64,000 bases of DNA from an uncultured Planctomycetota bacterium. GTDB taxonomy: Bacteria; Planctomycetota; PLA2; JAEUHO01. Positions within the stretch are counted from its first letter, which is position 1. Every line of letters starts with the position of its first letter. The notes beneath the pieces were generated by a model that worked only from the letters and a program-made list of their open reading frames with translations, was not told the origin of the DNA and searched no databases. Below, in pieces: positions 47,507 through 57,225 of this stretch. The DNA is taken from NCBI GenBank assembly GCA_963752285.1, contig CAVVXN010000001.1, positions 861,622 to 925,621 of the forward strand, read 5' to 3'. Both the position numbers and the translations under genes were made by a program.

Positions 47507-48136
47507 CTACAGGATCTCGCAGACGTCGTCGAACCCGAAGCGCGGACCGCGCGGCCACAGCTTCGCCGGGTCCCCGTAGCCCAGGTTCACCAGGAAGTTC
47601 GACCGCACGTGGCCCGAGCGATCGCTCGGGATCTCCGGACCCTCCGGCGCCTGGGCCGAGAAGAACTCCCGATCCACCTTCTCGTTGTCGAAGCCCGACA
47701 TGGGGCCGCAGTCGAGACCGAGCGCGCGGGCGGCGAGGATGAAGTAGCCGCCCTGCAGCGTCCCGTTCCTGAAGGACGTCGTCTCGGCCAGCGAGGGCGA
47801 TCCCTCGAAGACCTGCGCGATCTTCGGGTTGTGGGGGAAGAGCCAGGCCAGGTGCTCGTAGAAGCGCTCGTCGTACGCGAGGATCGCCGTGACGGGCGCG
47901 GCCATCGTCTTGTCCACGTTCCCCGACGAGAGCGCGGGGCGAAGCCGCTCCTTCGCCGCGCGGCTCCGGAGGAAGAGGATTCGAGCCGGGCAGGAGTTGG
48001 CGCTCGTCGGGCCCCACTTGAGGAGCTCGTAGAGGCGACGGAGCGTCTCGTCGGACACAAGCTCGTCGCGCCATGCCGCGTGCGTCCGAGCCTTCCGGAA
48101 GAGCAGGTCGAATCCCTCGGCGTCGAGCGTCGTCAT
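47507..48136 (-). CDS. rutE: Nitroreductase family protein, malonic semialdehyde reductase RutE/YcdI type
   Basis: LFRKARTH..W, KWGPTSAN..PAR, AKERL.PALS.GN..KT..AP, RN.TLQGGY.I.AARALGLDCGPMSGFD, NLGYGD. Confidence 0.85.
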   Translation of the reverse strand: MTTLDAEGFDLLFRKARTHAAWRDELVSDETLRRLYELLKWGPTSANSCPARILFLRSRAAKERLRPALSSGNVDKTMAAPVTAILAYDERFYEHLAWLFPHNPKIAQVFEGSPSLAETTSFRNGTLQGGYFILAARALGLDCGPMSGFDNEKVDREFFSAQAPEGPEIPSDRSGHVRSNFLVNLGYGDPAKLWPRGPRFGFDDVCEIL

Positions 48137-48353
48137 GCGAGCCTCCTGGCCCGGGGCGTGCCCCGGGGCCCGCGGCCGCGCGGCCGCGCGGCCGCCGCGG
48201 AATCTACGACGAGGGCACCCCGTGGACCGCGCGAGAGACCGCCCGGGCGCCCCGCCTCCGCGGTTGCGGGACGAAGGCCCGTCCACCATGATCTCGGGCG
48301 CACGAACCGGACCGGGACGCGCGGGAGGATCGACGCCTCGACCCGCCAAAGCG

Positions 48354-48491
48354 GTAGGCTTCGAGGAGCGGCGTGAGACCCGGCTCGTTCACCGTCTCGG
48401 CGATGAAATCGACCAGGTGGTCGTCGGGCAGCCAGTCCCTCAGGGACGGGGGCAGCAGGAACCGCGGATCGGGCGCGTACGGTCGGAAGAG
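48354..48491 (-). mobile_element. IS1182-family transposase N-terminal relic
   Basis: FRPYAPDPRFLLPPSLRDWLPDDHLVDFIAETV...L..Y resembles the IS1182 N-terminus; no start codon and no DDE domain. Confidence 0.72.
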
Positions 48492-48578
48492 CGGATCCGT
48501 GCCGGATTCCGAACCGGCTCCGTCACGTGCCAAGAACCAGCTTCCGGTTCGCACCCCTGGGTTCTGCGGCGCAGGCTC

Positions 48579-50018
48579 CTAGGGCGGATACGCGCGGAGC
48601 CAGGCACGGAAGGCGTCTTCGATCTGCGGGAGGTCGGGGCCGAACGTGGACTGGAAGAAGGCGCGCGCGTCGGTCGCGTCGCGGTTGTGGTACTCGCCCG
48701 CCTTGGCGCCGAGGGCCGCGCCGAGGCACATCAACGTGTACCGCTCGAATCGCTGCTGGAGGTCGGGCTCGCCGTGCCGGAGGAAACGCAGGAATGCCCA
48801 GGCCTCGTCGTAGAACACGCGCGCCGACTGGCGGTTCTCGTTGATGAGCTTCAGGGCGTCGTCCCGGAGCAGATCGTCGAGGGGGATGTAGACCGTGTCG
48901 CCGGCGAGGGGCGTGATCCGTTCCGGCGGCATGCGGCCGCCCGCGGTGAGCTTCGTGCCGTCCCACGACCACGTGCCGGTACCTCCGTACGTCTCGGCGA
49001 AGCCCTCGTTGAACCAGCTCGGCATGACGGTGGGCGTGACGCCGTACTGGAACAGGTGCGTCATCTCGTGCATCGCGACGCCCGTCAGCCCGTCGCCGTC
49101 GATGCCCTCCGCCGCGATCACGGCCGCGAACGTCGCGCCGTCGGCCACGCCCGCGGCGGCCTTGTGCGAGCCGAGGCCCGCCGCCTCGCAGTACGCCTCG
49201 TAGCTCTTCCGCTCCTTGAAGAGGAAGAGCTTCATGCGCTGCGTCGGCCGGCCGCCGAGATCGGCCTCGAGGAAGGGGAGGAGCGCGGTACAGACCCGGC
49301 AGACGCCGTCCACGAGGTCCTGGCTCACGTCCGACCGGACGAGAAGCGCGTCGTTCGACGCCTCGAACACCTCCTTGACCTCCGGCGCCTTCTCGAGGAA
49401 GGCGTCGCGGACGCGGGGCTTCCCGTCGATCGTCACGGCGTCCGCGAGCAGTCGCTTCGAGTACGCCTCGGGTACCTTGCCCGCTTCGACGACCACGAGC
49501 CCGTCGTCGTCGACGTGCACGGAGTCGTCGCTCAGCCGCACGACGGCCCGGTACTCCTCGTACGCCTCCTCCTCGAGCCCCTTCTTGTCGGCCCAGGCCG
49601 CCAGGCGGAGCCGCGCCCTCTCGTACTCGTGCTGGGCCTTCTTCGCGCGCTTCTCGTACGCGCGGATCATGCCGGCGGACGGCTTCTCGAGCTTCCCCTT
49701 CCAGAACTTGTCGTCGAGCTTCCGCATGAACATCAGGATGCGTTGCGCCCAGATGTTCTTGCCTTCCGCCACCTCGTCGGCGCGGATGAACTCGGCCGAC
49801 GCCTGGGCGACCATCCCCGCGTCGCGACACCAGACGCCGACCTTCGCGCGCGCGGTTCCCGCCTCCACGAGGATGGCGAGCCTGCGCGCCGCGAGCTCCG
49901 CCCGGGCCTGCTCCTCGCGCGTTCCCCCGCGGGCGTCCGCGGGGACGAGGAGGAGACAGAGCGACGCACCGACGAACCCCCACGCGAGACCCTTCGCCGT
50001 CCACCTTCGCCACGTCAT
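48579..50018 (-). CDS. Secreted DUF1570/peptidase MA-like zinc metalloprotease-domain protein
   Basis: Signal peptide; AMHEMTH (HExxH) followed by PSWFNEGFAE and FYDEAWAF..FL. Confidence 0.78.
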   Translation of the reverse strand: MTWRRWTAKGLAWGFVGASLCLLLVPADARGGTREEQARAELAARRLAILVEAGTARAKVGVWCRDAGMVAQASAEFIRADEVAEGKNIWAQRILMFMRKLDDKFWKGKLEKPSAGMIRAYEKRAKKAQHEYERARLRLAAWADKKGLEEEAYEEYRAVVRLSDDSVHVDDDGLVVVEAGKVPEAYSKRLLADAVTIDGKPRVRDAFLEKAPEVKEVFEASNDALLVRSDVSQDLVDGVCRVCTALLPFLEADLGGRPTQRMKLFLFKERKSYEAYCEAAGLGSHKAAAGVADGATFAAVIAAEGIDGDGLTGVAMHEMTHLFQYGVTPTVMPSWFNEGFAETYGGTGTWSWDGTKLTAGGRMPPERITPLAGDTVYIPLDDLLRDDALKLINENRQSARVFYDEAWAFLRFLRHGEPDLQQRFERYTLMCLGAALGAKAGEYHNRDATDARAFFQSTFGPDLPQIEDAFRAWLRAYPP

Positions 50019-50272
50019 GCGACGCCTCCTTCCGAGGCCGATCCTACCGGGACCGGGCCCGGGAGGACCGGGACGGTGCGGGTGGGGGCGGACGCCCTCC
50101 CGCACGGCGCGGGCTGCGCAGCACGGCCTTCCGGCAAGGCGGTCCGGCGCCCGCGTCCCGTGGCCGCGGGAGTTGTCCCCACGGGTCTTCCTTCCGCACC
50201 GACCTCGCGACCACCGCCCGCGCCTCGTCCGCGCGATGGCACGACGGTCGGGGCCTCGAACCGGCCTTTCGG

Positions 50273-52711
50273 CTACGGCCGCGTGCCGGGGTCGAGGAGC
50301 TCGCGGAGCTTCGCGGCGAGCGTCGCGATGCTGAAGGGCTTGTCGAGGAACGGCGTGTCCGGGTCCAGCAGGCCCTGGTCCACCACGGCCTCGTCCGGGT
50401 ATCCCGACATGTACAGCACCCGAAGCGCCGGGAGGAGCTCCTGGAGGCGCCGGGCGAGCTCCCCTCCCCCGATGCCGGGCATCACGACGTCCGTGACGAG
50501 CAGGTCCGGGCGGAGATCCTCCTCTTCGACGACGCGCAGCGCCTCCTCGCCGGTCCCGGCCGAGCGAACCCGATAGCCGAGGGCCTCGATCATGTTCGCC
50601 ATCAGATCGCGGAGCGCGGGCTCGTCCTCCACGAGGAGCACGGACTCGCCCGCTCCGTGCGTCGCGCTCGCCTCCGTGCGCGCGCGGGCGCGCACGGGCG
50701 CGTCCACGCGCGGCAGGAAGACCTTGAAGGTCGTGCCCCGGCCGATCTCGCTGTAGACCCAGACGTTGCCGCCGGACTGGCGGACGATCCCGTGGACCGC
50801 CGCCAGGCCCAGGCCGGTGCCCTTGCCCTTCGGCTTCGTCGTGAAGAAGGGCTCGAAGATCCGCCGCTTCGTCTCCTCGTCCATCCCGGCGCCGGTGTCG
50901 CTGACGGCCAGCAGGACGTGCGGCCCGGCCCGGGCGTCGACGTGGCTCTGCGCGTAGGCCGGGTCGAGGTCCACGTTCGCGGTCTCGATCGTGAGCCGGC
51001 CGCCGTCGGGCATCGCGTCTCGCGCGTTGACCGCCATGTTCAGGATCACCTGCTCGATCTGGCCGCGGTCCGCCTCGACCCGGCCGAGGTCGCCTGGCAG
51101 CCTCGTCTGGAGCGCGATGTGCTCGCCGATCAGGCGGCGGAGCATCCCCTCGACCTCGTCCACCACGACGTTCAAGTCGAGGATCTCCGTGCGCTGGGTC
51201 TGTTTGCGGCTGAACGCGAGGAGCTGGCTCGTCAGCGCCGCGGCGCGCTCGGCGCATCCCTTGATGCGGGCGAGACCCTCGGAGAGCGGATGCCCGGGCC
51301 CGAGCTGGAGCGACATGAGATCGCAGTAGCCCATCTGCACGAGCAGGAGATTGTTGAAGTCGTGCGCGACGCCGCCCGCGAGCTGACCCACGGCCTCCAG
51401 CTTCTGCGCCTGACGGAACTGCGCCTCGAGCTCGCGCCGCCGCGTGGCGTCGGCGAAGAAGGCCACGTTGCTCTCGCGCCCGTCCACGACGGTCGTGGCG
51501 CGCGCGACGTCGGCATACACGATGCTTCCGTCCTTGCAGAGGCACGGGATCTCCGGCGCGAGGGGCTTTTCGCCTCGTGCCTGCGCTTCGAACTCCGCCT
51601 CCACGCGCGCACGGGACGCCGACGGGTGGAGCTCGGCCTCGCTCAGGAGCGAGAGCTCCTCCTCGTCGTAGCCCAGGAGCGCGCACATGGCCCGGTTCGC
51701 GTAGCGGACGCGCCCCGACGCGGCGTCCGAGACGAGGATCCCCTCCGACGCGCCGTCGAAGAGCGCGCGGTACCGCGCCTCCGACTCCCGGAGCGCCTCG
51801 AAGACGCGTTCGGTCGCGCGACGGTGTCGCAGGGTCGTGATCCCGAACGCGAGGTCGTCGGCCATCTCGCCGAGCAGGGCCGTCTCCGCGTCGCCGAAGG
51901 CGTCCGCTGTCGTCGCGTGGACCGCCAGCGCGCCGAGCCGGGTCCCCCCGCAGACCAGGGGGAAGGCCCCGATCACGCCCGGCGCGGCGCGAGGGCCGGC
52001 GTGGGCGCGGGACGGCGTCACGCTGCCCATGGTGAGGGTTCCCGTCTCGATGGCGGTCCGCACCGGGTCGTCCTCGCTGTCGAGCCCTTCGCGAACGCGC
52101 AGCGCGAGGTCCACGGTCGCCGTCTCGAGCCCGGCGGAGGCCACGGTCCGGTGCGGCCCGTCGCCGCCTCCGAGGACGACCCAGGCGGTCGGGAACTCGC
52201 CGGCCTCCACGAGCACGCGACAGACGTGGTCCATCAGCTCCATCTCGGCGGAGGCGCGCACGAGGGCCTGGTTCCCGGCGCTCAGCATGCGGAGTCCGCG
52301 GTTCATCCGGCGGAGACGCTCCTCCGCCCGAACGCGGGCCGTGACGTCGAGCGAGAGGATGAACACGCCCTCGGGGACCGGCTCGAAGCGGAGCTCGAAC
52401 CAGCCTGTCGAGCCGTCGGGGAACGTGAACTCGTTCTCCATCCTCTCGACGGCGCGCTCCTTCATGCACCGCTCGAGGACTCGGAACATCGGCGTGTTCT
52501 CGATGCCGGGATACGCCTCCATCATCGTCCGGCCGAGGAGCTCGTCCTTCGGACGCCGCCCCTGCGCCGCGACGGCGTCGTTGACGTAGAGGTACGTCCA
52601 GTCGGGGCCGATGACCTGACACCCCTCGAGGAGCCGGTCGAGAATGGCCTCCCCGCGGGGCGCCCCGTCGTTCTCCCCGCGCGTGCCTGCTTGTTCGGGC
52701 GTGGTGGTCAT
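50273..52711 (-). CDS. Hybrid sensor histidine kinase (PAS-GAF-PAS-HisKA-HATPase-REC)
   Basis: QKLEAVGQLAGGVAHDFNNLL, N..VNARDAM, D.G.GM, FEPFFTTK..GKGTGLGL, receiver LVEDE...TDVVMP...KPF. Confidence 0.93.
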   Translation of the reverse strand: MTTTPEQAGTRGENDGAPRGEAILDRLLEGCQVIGPDWTYLYVNDAVAAQGRRPKDELLGRTMMEAYPGIENTPMFRVLERCMKERAVERMENEFTFPDGSTGWFELRFEPVPEGVFILSLDVTARVRAEERLRRMNRGLRMLSAGNQALVRASAEMELMDHVCRVLVEAGEFPTAWVVLGGGDGPHRTVASAGLETATVDLALRVREGLDSEDDPVRTAIETGTLTMGSVTPSRAHAGPRAAPGVIGAFPLVCGGTRLGALAVHATTADAFGDAETALLGEMADDLAFGITTLRHRRATERVFEALRESEARYRALFDGASEGILVSDAASGRVRYANRAMCALLGYDEEELSLLSEAELHPSASRARVEAEFEAQARGEKPLAPEIPCLCKDGSIVYADVARATTVVDGRESNVAFFADATRRRELEAQFRQAQKLEAVGQLAGGVAHDFNNLLLVQMGYCDLMSLQLGPGHPLSEGLARIKGCAERAAALTSQLLAFSRKQTQRTEILDLNVVVDEVEGMLRRLIGEHIALQTRLPGDLGRVEADRGQIEQVILNMAVNARDAMPDGGRLTIETANVDLDPAYAQSHVDARAGPHVLLAVSDTGAGMDEETKRRIFEPFFTTKPKGKGTGLGLAAVHGIVRQSGGNVWVYSEIGRGTTFKVFLPRVDAPVRARARTEASATHGAGESVLLVEDEPALRDLMANMIEALGYRVRSAGTGEEALRVVEEEDLRPDLLVTDVVMPGIGGGELARRLQELLPALRVLYMSGYPDEAVVDQGLLDPDTPFLDKPFSIATLAAKLRELLDPGTRP

Positions 52712-52982
52712 GTCGATTCGCCGGCCCCGTGCGGGACCGGCGCTCATCCTGTCACCGTGCCGACGGACTCGCAAACCCGAGCGCCCGACGACCAGGCCGT
52801 CGGTGCGTGTTGGGCGCGGGCGACCGGCCGGGTAGGCTCGGGGCGTGGGATCCGCGCCGACACGGGCCGCGTTGGGGAGGCGCGCGGGGGAGATTCGCCG
52901 GATCGGCGGGGCCGGCGGCGCGGCGGGAACCGCACTGCCGTCGCCACGTCCAACCAGCCTTCGACCCGATGGAGATCCTCCG

Positions 52983-54239
52983 ATGTGGAAGGTCCTTCCG
53001 TGGCTCGTCTCCCTTCTCCTGCTGGCGCTTCCCCTCGAGCCCGCCTCGGCCGGGGACGCCGCGCCGGCCGCCGCGCCGGGCGCCGTCACGACGCTCGTCG
53101 AGGGCAACACGGCCTTCGCGTTCGACCTCTACGGACGGCTCGCGGGCGCCGACGGGAACCTGTTCTTCTCGCCCTGGTCGATCTCAGCCTGCCTCGCCAT
53201 GGCCCGCGAGGGCGCGCGGGGCGAGACGGCCTCGGAGATGGACCGGGTCCTGCATCTCCCCGAGGGCTTCGGGGCCCTCTTCCAGGGCGCCGCAAAGGCG
53301 CTCGAGGCTCCCGAGGTCCGGGAGGACCGCGACGCAGGTGCGGCCCGGGTGCCCGCGTACCTGATCGCGATCGCGAACCGTCTCTTCGGCCAAGTGGACT
53401 ACGGTTTCGAGCCGTCCTACGTGGACCGCCTCGGGGCGGTCTTCGGAGCCGGGCTGGGAACCGTCGACTTTCGTGAGACCGAGGCCGCGCGCAAGGTGAT
53501 CAACGACTGGGTCGAGGAGCAGACCCGGAAGAAGATCGAGAACCTCATCCCCGCGGGGGTGCTCTCTCCCGACACGCGTCTCGTCCTCGCGAACGCGATC
53601 TACTTCAAGGCGCCGTGGCTCGAGCCCTTCGCCGAAGGGGCCACGATCGACGCGCCGTTTCACAGGGCGCCGGGTGACGACGAGACCGTGCGCACGATGC
53701 ACCGGACCGATCACTTCGCGTACGCCGACGTGGGGGACGCGCAGGTCCTCTCCCTCCCGTACCGCGGACGGACCATGTCCATGCTCGTCGTGCTGCCGAA
53801 GGCCATGGACGGCCTCGCCGCCGTCGAGTCCTCGGTCTCGCCGGAGACGCTCGCGGGCTGGACCTCGCGGCTCTCGAGCGCGAAGGTGCGCCTGTCGCTC
53901 CCCACGTTCCGCTTCACGAGCGGGTTCCAGCTGGGGGACGCCCTCGAGGGACTTGGCATGCGCCTCGCCTTCGACGCCCAGAACGCCGACTTCTCGGGCA
54001 TGACGGCGACGGAGCGCCTCTGGATCGGCGCCGTCGTACACAAGGCCTTCGTCGCCGTGGACGAAAAGGGCACGGAGGCCGCGGCCGCGACCGCCGTCCT
54101 CATGCGCGCGGGTTCCGCGCCTCGGCCCGAACCCGTCGTGACGTTCAACGCGGACCATCCCTTCCTCTTCGTGATCCGGCACGAGCCGACGGGCGCGATC
54201 CTGTTCCTGGGGCGCGTCGCCGATCCGACCGCGAGCTGA
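52983..54239 (+). CDS. Secreted serpin (serine protease inhibitor)
   Basis: Signal peptide; NLFFSPWSI, INDWV...T..KI, LANAIYFKA.W, VDEKGTEAAAATAV hinge, FNADHPFLF, LFLGRV.DP. Confidence 0.95.
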   Translation: MWKVLPWLVSLLLLALPLEPASAGDAAPAAAPGAVTTLVEGNTAFAFDLYGRLAGADGNLFFSPWSISACLAMAREGARGETASEMDRVLHLPEGFGALFQGAAKALEAPEVREDRDAGAARVPAYLIAIANRLFGQVDYGFEPSYVDRLGAVFGAGLGTVDFRETEAARKVINDWVEEQTRKKIENLIPAGVLSPDTRLVLANAIYFKAPWLEPFAEGATIDAPFHRAPGDDETVRTMHRTDHFAYADVGDAQVLSLPYRGRTMSMLVVLPKAMDGLAAVESSVSPETLAGWTSRLSSAKVRLSLPTFRFTSGFQLGDALEGLGMRLAFDAQNADFSGMTATERLWIGAVVHKAFVAVDEKGTEAAAATAVLMRAGSAPRPEPVVTFNADHPFLFVIRHEPTGAILFLGRVADPTAS

Positions 54240-54243
54240 CGGC

Positions 54244-54623
54244 GTGGCGCACGTCGTCGCGGTGAGGACGGTCGGAGTCCGACGCATCGCGGCGGTACGC
54301 CGGCAGGGCCGGCCCGCCGACATCGGAGACCTGTGGAAGCCGGCGCTGGACCTCGTGTGGGACTTCTTGCGTCGGCATCCCGGCCTCTCGACCGGCGGGC
54401 ACAACGTCTTCGTGTACCGACCGACGGCGCAACCGGACGGGCGCCTGGACATCGACTTCGGCGTCCAGGTCGAGCGCGACTTCCCAGCCGAGGGCGAGGT
54501 GGGCGCCGCGGAGACGCCGGCCGGGGAGGTCGCCGCGGTCACGCAGGTGGGTCCCTACGCCGGGCTCCACGAGGCGCAGGCGGCCGCGCGGCCCCGGAGC
54601 CCGCGGCCCTGTGCGTTCGGTGA
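54244..54623 (+). pseudogene. GyrI-like small-molecule-binding protein, C-terminally truncated or deleted
   Basis: ALDLVWDFLR, GHNVFVY, DFGVQV, TPAGEVA....GPY..L..A; the expected WE.Y segment is missing and the frame drifts into non-coding-like sequence. Confidence 0.6.
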
Positions 54624-54696
54624 GGATGCGCCGCGGCGGGGCCGGACCCGTCCGGCTCGACGGGGACGTCGGTCGGCTCGCCGAGGGAGGTCGTCG

Positions 54697-54996
54697 ATGC
54701 GCGTGCTCATGAAGATTTCGATCCCGGTCGAGGCGGGGAACAAGGCCGTCGCGGACGGCTCGCTTCCGAAGGCGGTGATGGGCTTCGTGGACGCGTTCCA
54801 TCCGGAGGCGTGCTACTTCGTCGCGGAGGGCGGGCGGCGCACGGGGCTCTTCTTCTTCGACCTGGAGGACCCGACGGCGATCCCCTCGGCCGCCGAGCCC
54901 TTCTTGATGCACCTGAACGCCGGCATCGAACTCACGCCGGCGATGGACCTCGACGACATGAAGGCCGGCGTCGCGCGGGCCGCGAAGAAGAGCTGA
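54697..54996 (+). CDS. Conserved hypothetical protein (dimeric alpha/beta-barrel-like, about 99 aa)
   Basis: GGAGG RBS; MR.L.K..IPVEAGN, PEA.YF...G.RT, AEPF...LNA..E.TPAM..DD. Confidence 0.78.
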   Translation: MRVLMKISIPVEAGNKAVADGSLPKAVMGFVDAFHPEACYFVAEGGRRTGLFFFDLEDPTAIPSAAEPFLMHLNAGIELTPAMDLDDMKAGVARAAKKS

Positions 54997-55353
54997 CGTT
55001 CGGGCGGTGGGGCCCCGGGCTCTCGGGGCGTCCACCCGACGCCGACGTCCGTGGCCCCAGGGAGGCCGGTCGGCGAGCGGCGCGACGCCGTGCAGGGGGT
55101 GTCGGAGGTCCACGAGCTGGTCCACGAGCTCGCGCACGGGCTTCGAGAACGGGTTCCACGCGAAGCCGCGCTCCTCCTGCGCGGCGTCCAAGGCGTTCAC
55201 CGCCGCATCGGCTCCGGAGGGCCCGACGCCCCCGGAGGCGAAGAACTCCGGGCGCGGGTGCGGGACGGGCAGCCGCGGAAGCTCGCTCCCGGGGGAGGAC
55301 CCGGCGGAAGATTCCCTTGAAGGGTGGGCGCCCGCCGGGGCTCCTCCAGGGTG

Positions 55354-55923
55354 ATGACCGACGAGCAGGACTGGATCGAGACTTTCCGGCACGGCGATGC
55401 CGACGCGCGGCGCCGGCTCTGGGGGCGGGTCTACGCCCGGCACGCCGCCTCCGCGCTGGGGCTCGCGCGGAGCGTCCTCGGCGTCTCGGGGCTCGCCGAG
55501 GACGTGTTGCAGGAGACCTTCCTGGCCGCGTGGCGCCACGGCGGGCGCTTTCGCGGGGACGGGACGCTCAAGGGATGGATCCTCACCATCGCGGCGAACC
55601 TCGCACGACGGACGCTCGTGCGCGAACGCGCGCGCGCCGGACGCGAAGCGCGGGCGATCCCGCGCCCTTCGGCAACCGCCCCGACCGACGCCGCGACGCG
55701 CGCGCTCGCCGAGGATCGCAACCTGTCCGTGCACCGCGCCCTCGCCGCTCTGCCCCCGGAGCAGCGCCTGGCCGTCGGTCTCTCGGTGATGCGCGGGATC
55801 CGCACGGAGGAGATCGCCGCGATGCTCGGCTGCCCCGTGGGCACGGTGTGGAGCCGCATCCACCACGCCAAGAAGAAGCTCGCACGATGGATCGGTGGAC
55901 CCGATCGGGAAGGCGAACGATGA
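55354..55923 (+). CDS. ECF RNA polymerase sigma factor
   Basis: LAEDVLQETF..AW....F.G....W..IA.N, ALAALP.EQR, EEIA.MLG.PVGTV.SRI. Confidence 0.9.
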   Translation: MTDEQDWIETFRHGDADARRRLWGRVYARHAASALGLARSVLGVSGLAEDVLQETFLAAWRHGGRFRGDGTLKGWILTIAANLARRTLVRERARAGREARAIPRPSATAPTDAATRALAEDRNLSVHRALAALPPEQRLAVGLSVMRGIRTEEIAAMLGCPVGTVWSRIHHAKKKLARWIGGPDREGER

Positions 55924-56609
55924 CGCACCCCCCCGAGGAGCTGCTGTCGCGATACGATCGGATCGCCAACGACGCGAGCGAGCGGGCCGAGATCGCGCGG
56001 CACCTCGCCGGGTGCGCGTCCTGCCGGCGAGCGCTCGCACGGTATCGCGAGATCGATCGCGCGCTCGAGACGCCGCCGCCCGAGCCGTCCGCGTTCGACG
56101 CGCTCGTGACGCGGCTCGAGGAGACCTCGACACGTATGCGTCGTGCGGCGGTCCGGATCGGAGCGGCCGCGGGGCTCGAGCTCGTCGCGGGGATCGGGGC
56201 GCTCGTGCTCCTGGGCGTCGATCGCGTGGTCGTGGGGATCCTCGCCGGGCTCCTGCTCTCGGACGTGGGCCTGCTCGTCGGCGTCGCGCTCGTGGCGCGC
56301 TCGAGGGCGGAGCGCTACGAGGAGGTGAGCTCCGACTGGGCGCGCGGACGAGACGCGTGGTGGACGCACCTGGTGGCCGAGGCACGGGCGTCGCTCTTCG
56401 CCTCGGTCTCGGCCGGGCTGGGCGTGTGCCTCGGCGTGCTGATGCTCGGCCTCGGCCTCGCGCGCACGGCGCCGATGTACCTCGCGGTCGGGTGCCTCTG
56501 TCTCGCGGTGGGGGGGCTCGGCCTCGCGGTCCACCCCCGGCGCCGGCGCCGAGCCCGCCGCGAGCTGGCTGCGTTCGACGAGCTGTTCCCGCGCTCCACG
56601 GGAGGGTGA
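55920..56609 (+). CDS. Zinc-finger (HxxxCxxC) anti-sigma factor with about four TM helices
   Basis: HLAGCASC near the N-terminus; hydrophobic segments; ATGA overlap with the sigma gene. Confidence 0.82.
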   Translation: MTHPPEELLSRYDRIANDASERAEIARHLAGCASCRRALARYREIDRALETPPPEPSAFDALVTRLEETSTRMRRAAVRIGAAAGLELVAGIGALVLLGVDRVVVGILAGLLLSDVGLLVGVALVARSRAERYEEVSSDWARGRDAWWTHLVAEARASLFASVSAGLGVCLGVLMLGLGLARTAPMYLAVGCLCLAVGGLGLAVHPRRRRRARRELAAFDELFPRSTGG

Positions 56610-56641
56610 TCGCCGAGGCCGATCCAGAGAGACCACGTTCG

Positions 56642-57174
56642 ATGAGCGAGACGATTCGGTAGGAGACGACCTTTCCCCAGCCCCTCGAGGAGGTCTGGCG
56701 CGCGCTGAGCGACCGCGCGGCCCCCCCTCTCGACCCTCGGCTCGGCAGGCTCGTCGAGCGGATCGAACCAGGCGCCCCGCCCCTTCGGGCGTGGCCGTGG
56801 GCCGGCGGCGTCTCGGCCGGGGTGACGGCCGTCGAGATCGAGCGGCAGAACGGGCAGAGGGAGATGCTCGTCGTTCTCGTGCACGGCGCCGCCGACCGGG
56901 CCGCGAACCCCGACTTCGCCGCGGACGAGCACACCCTGCTCCGCGTCCTTCACGCCGAGGGCCTGCCCGTTCCCGCGCCGCGGTACGTGGACCCCACGGG
57001 GGACATCTTCGGGATCCCCTGCGTGGTGGTCGAGCTCCTCGAAGGAACCACGAGCTTCGCGCCGCTCTCGGCGGTCGCGGCCGCCGAGGCGCTCGCCGTC
57101 GAGCTCGCGCGCACGCACGCGGTGGGCTACGCGCGTTCGTCGCCGAGGCCCTGGACGCGCTGCCGGGTCGCTGA
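56642..57174 (+). pseudogene. Chimeric relic: SRPBCC/AHSA1 N-terminus (in-frame TAG) joined to a deleted APH-family phosphotransferase
   Basis: MSETIR*ETTFPQPLEEVWRALSD then GGVSA.V...E..LL..L...GLPVPAP..D......P.VV.E.LEG...LA..H; no HGD/DWE motifs; the tail AFVAEALDAL* is in another frame. Confidence 0.65.
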
Positions 57175-57225
57175 CGTCCCCGCGGCACCGACGGACGGCC
57201 TCGCGTTGGGGAGCGCATGTCGTGC

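Noticed and set aside
54244..54996. 250-aa GyrI-hypothetical fusion protein
   Set aside because: The linker is non-coding-like and the downstream part has its own GGAGG + ATG at 54697; better read as a truncated gene plus a separate gene
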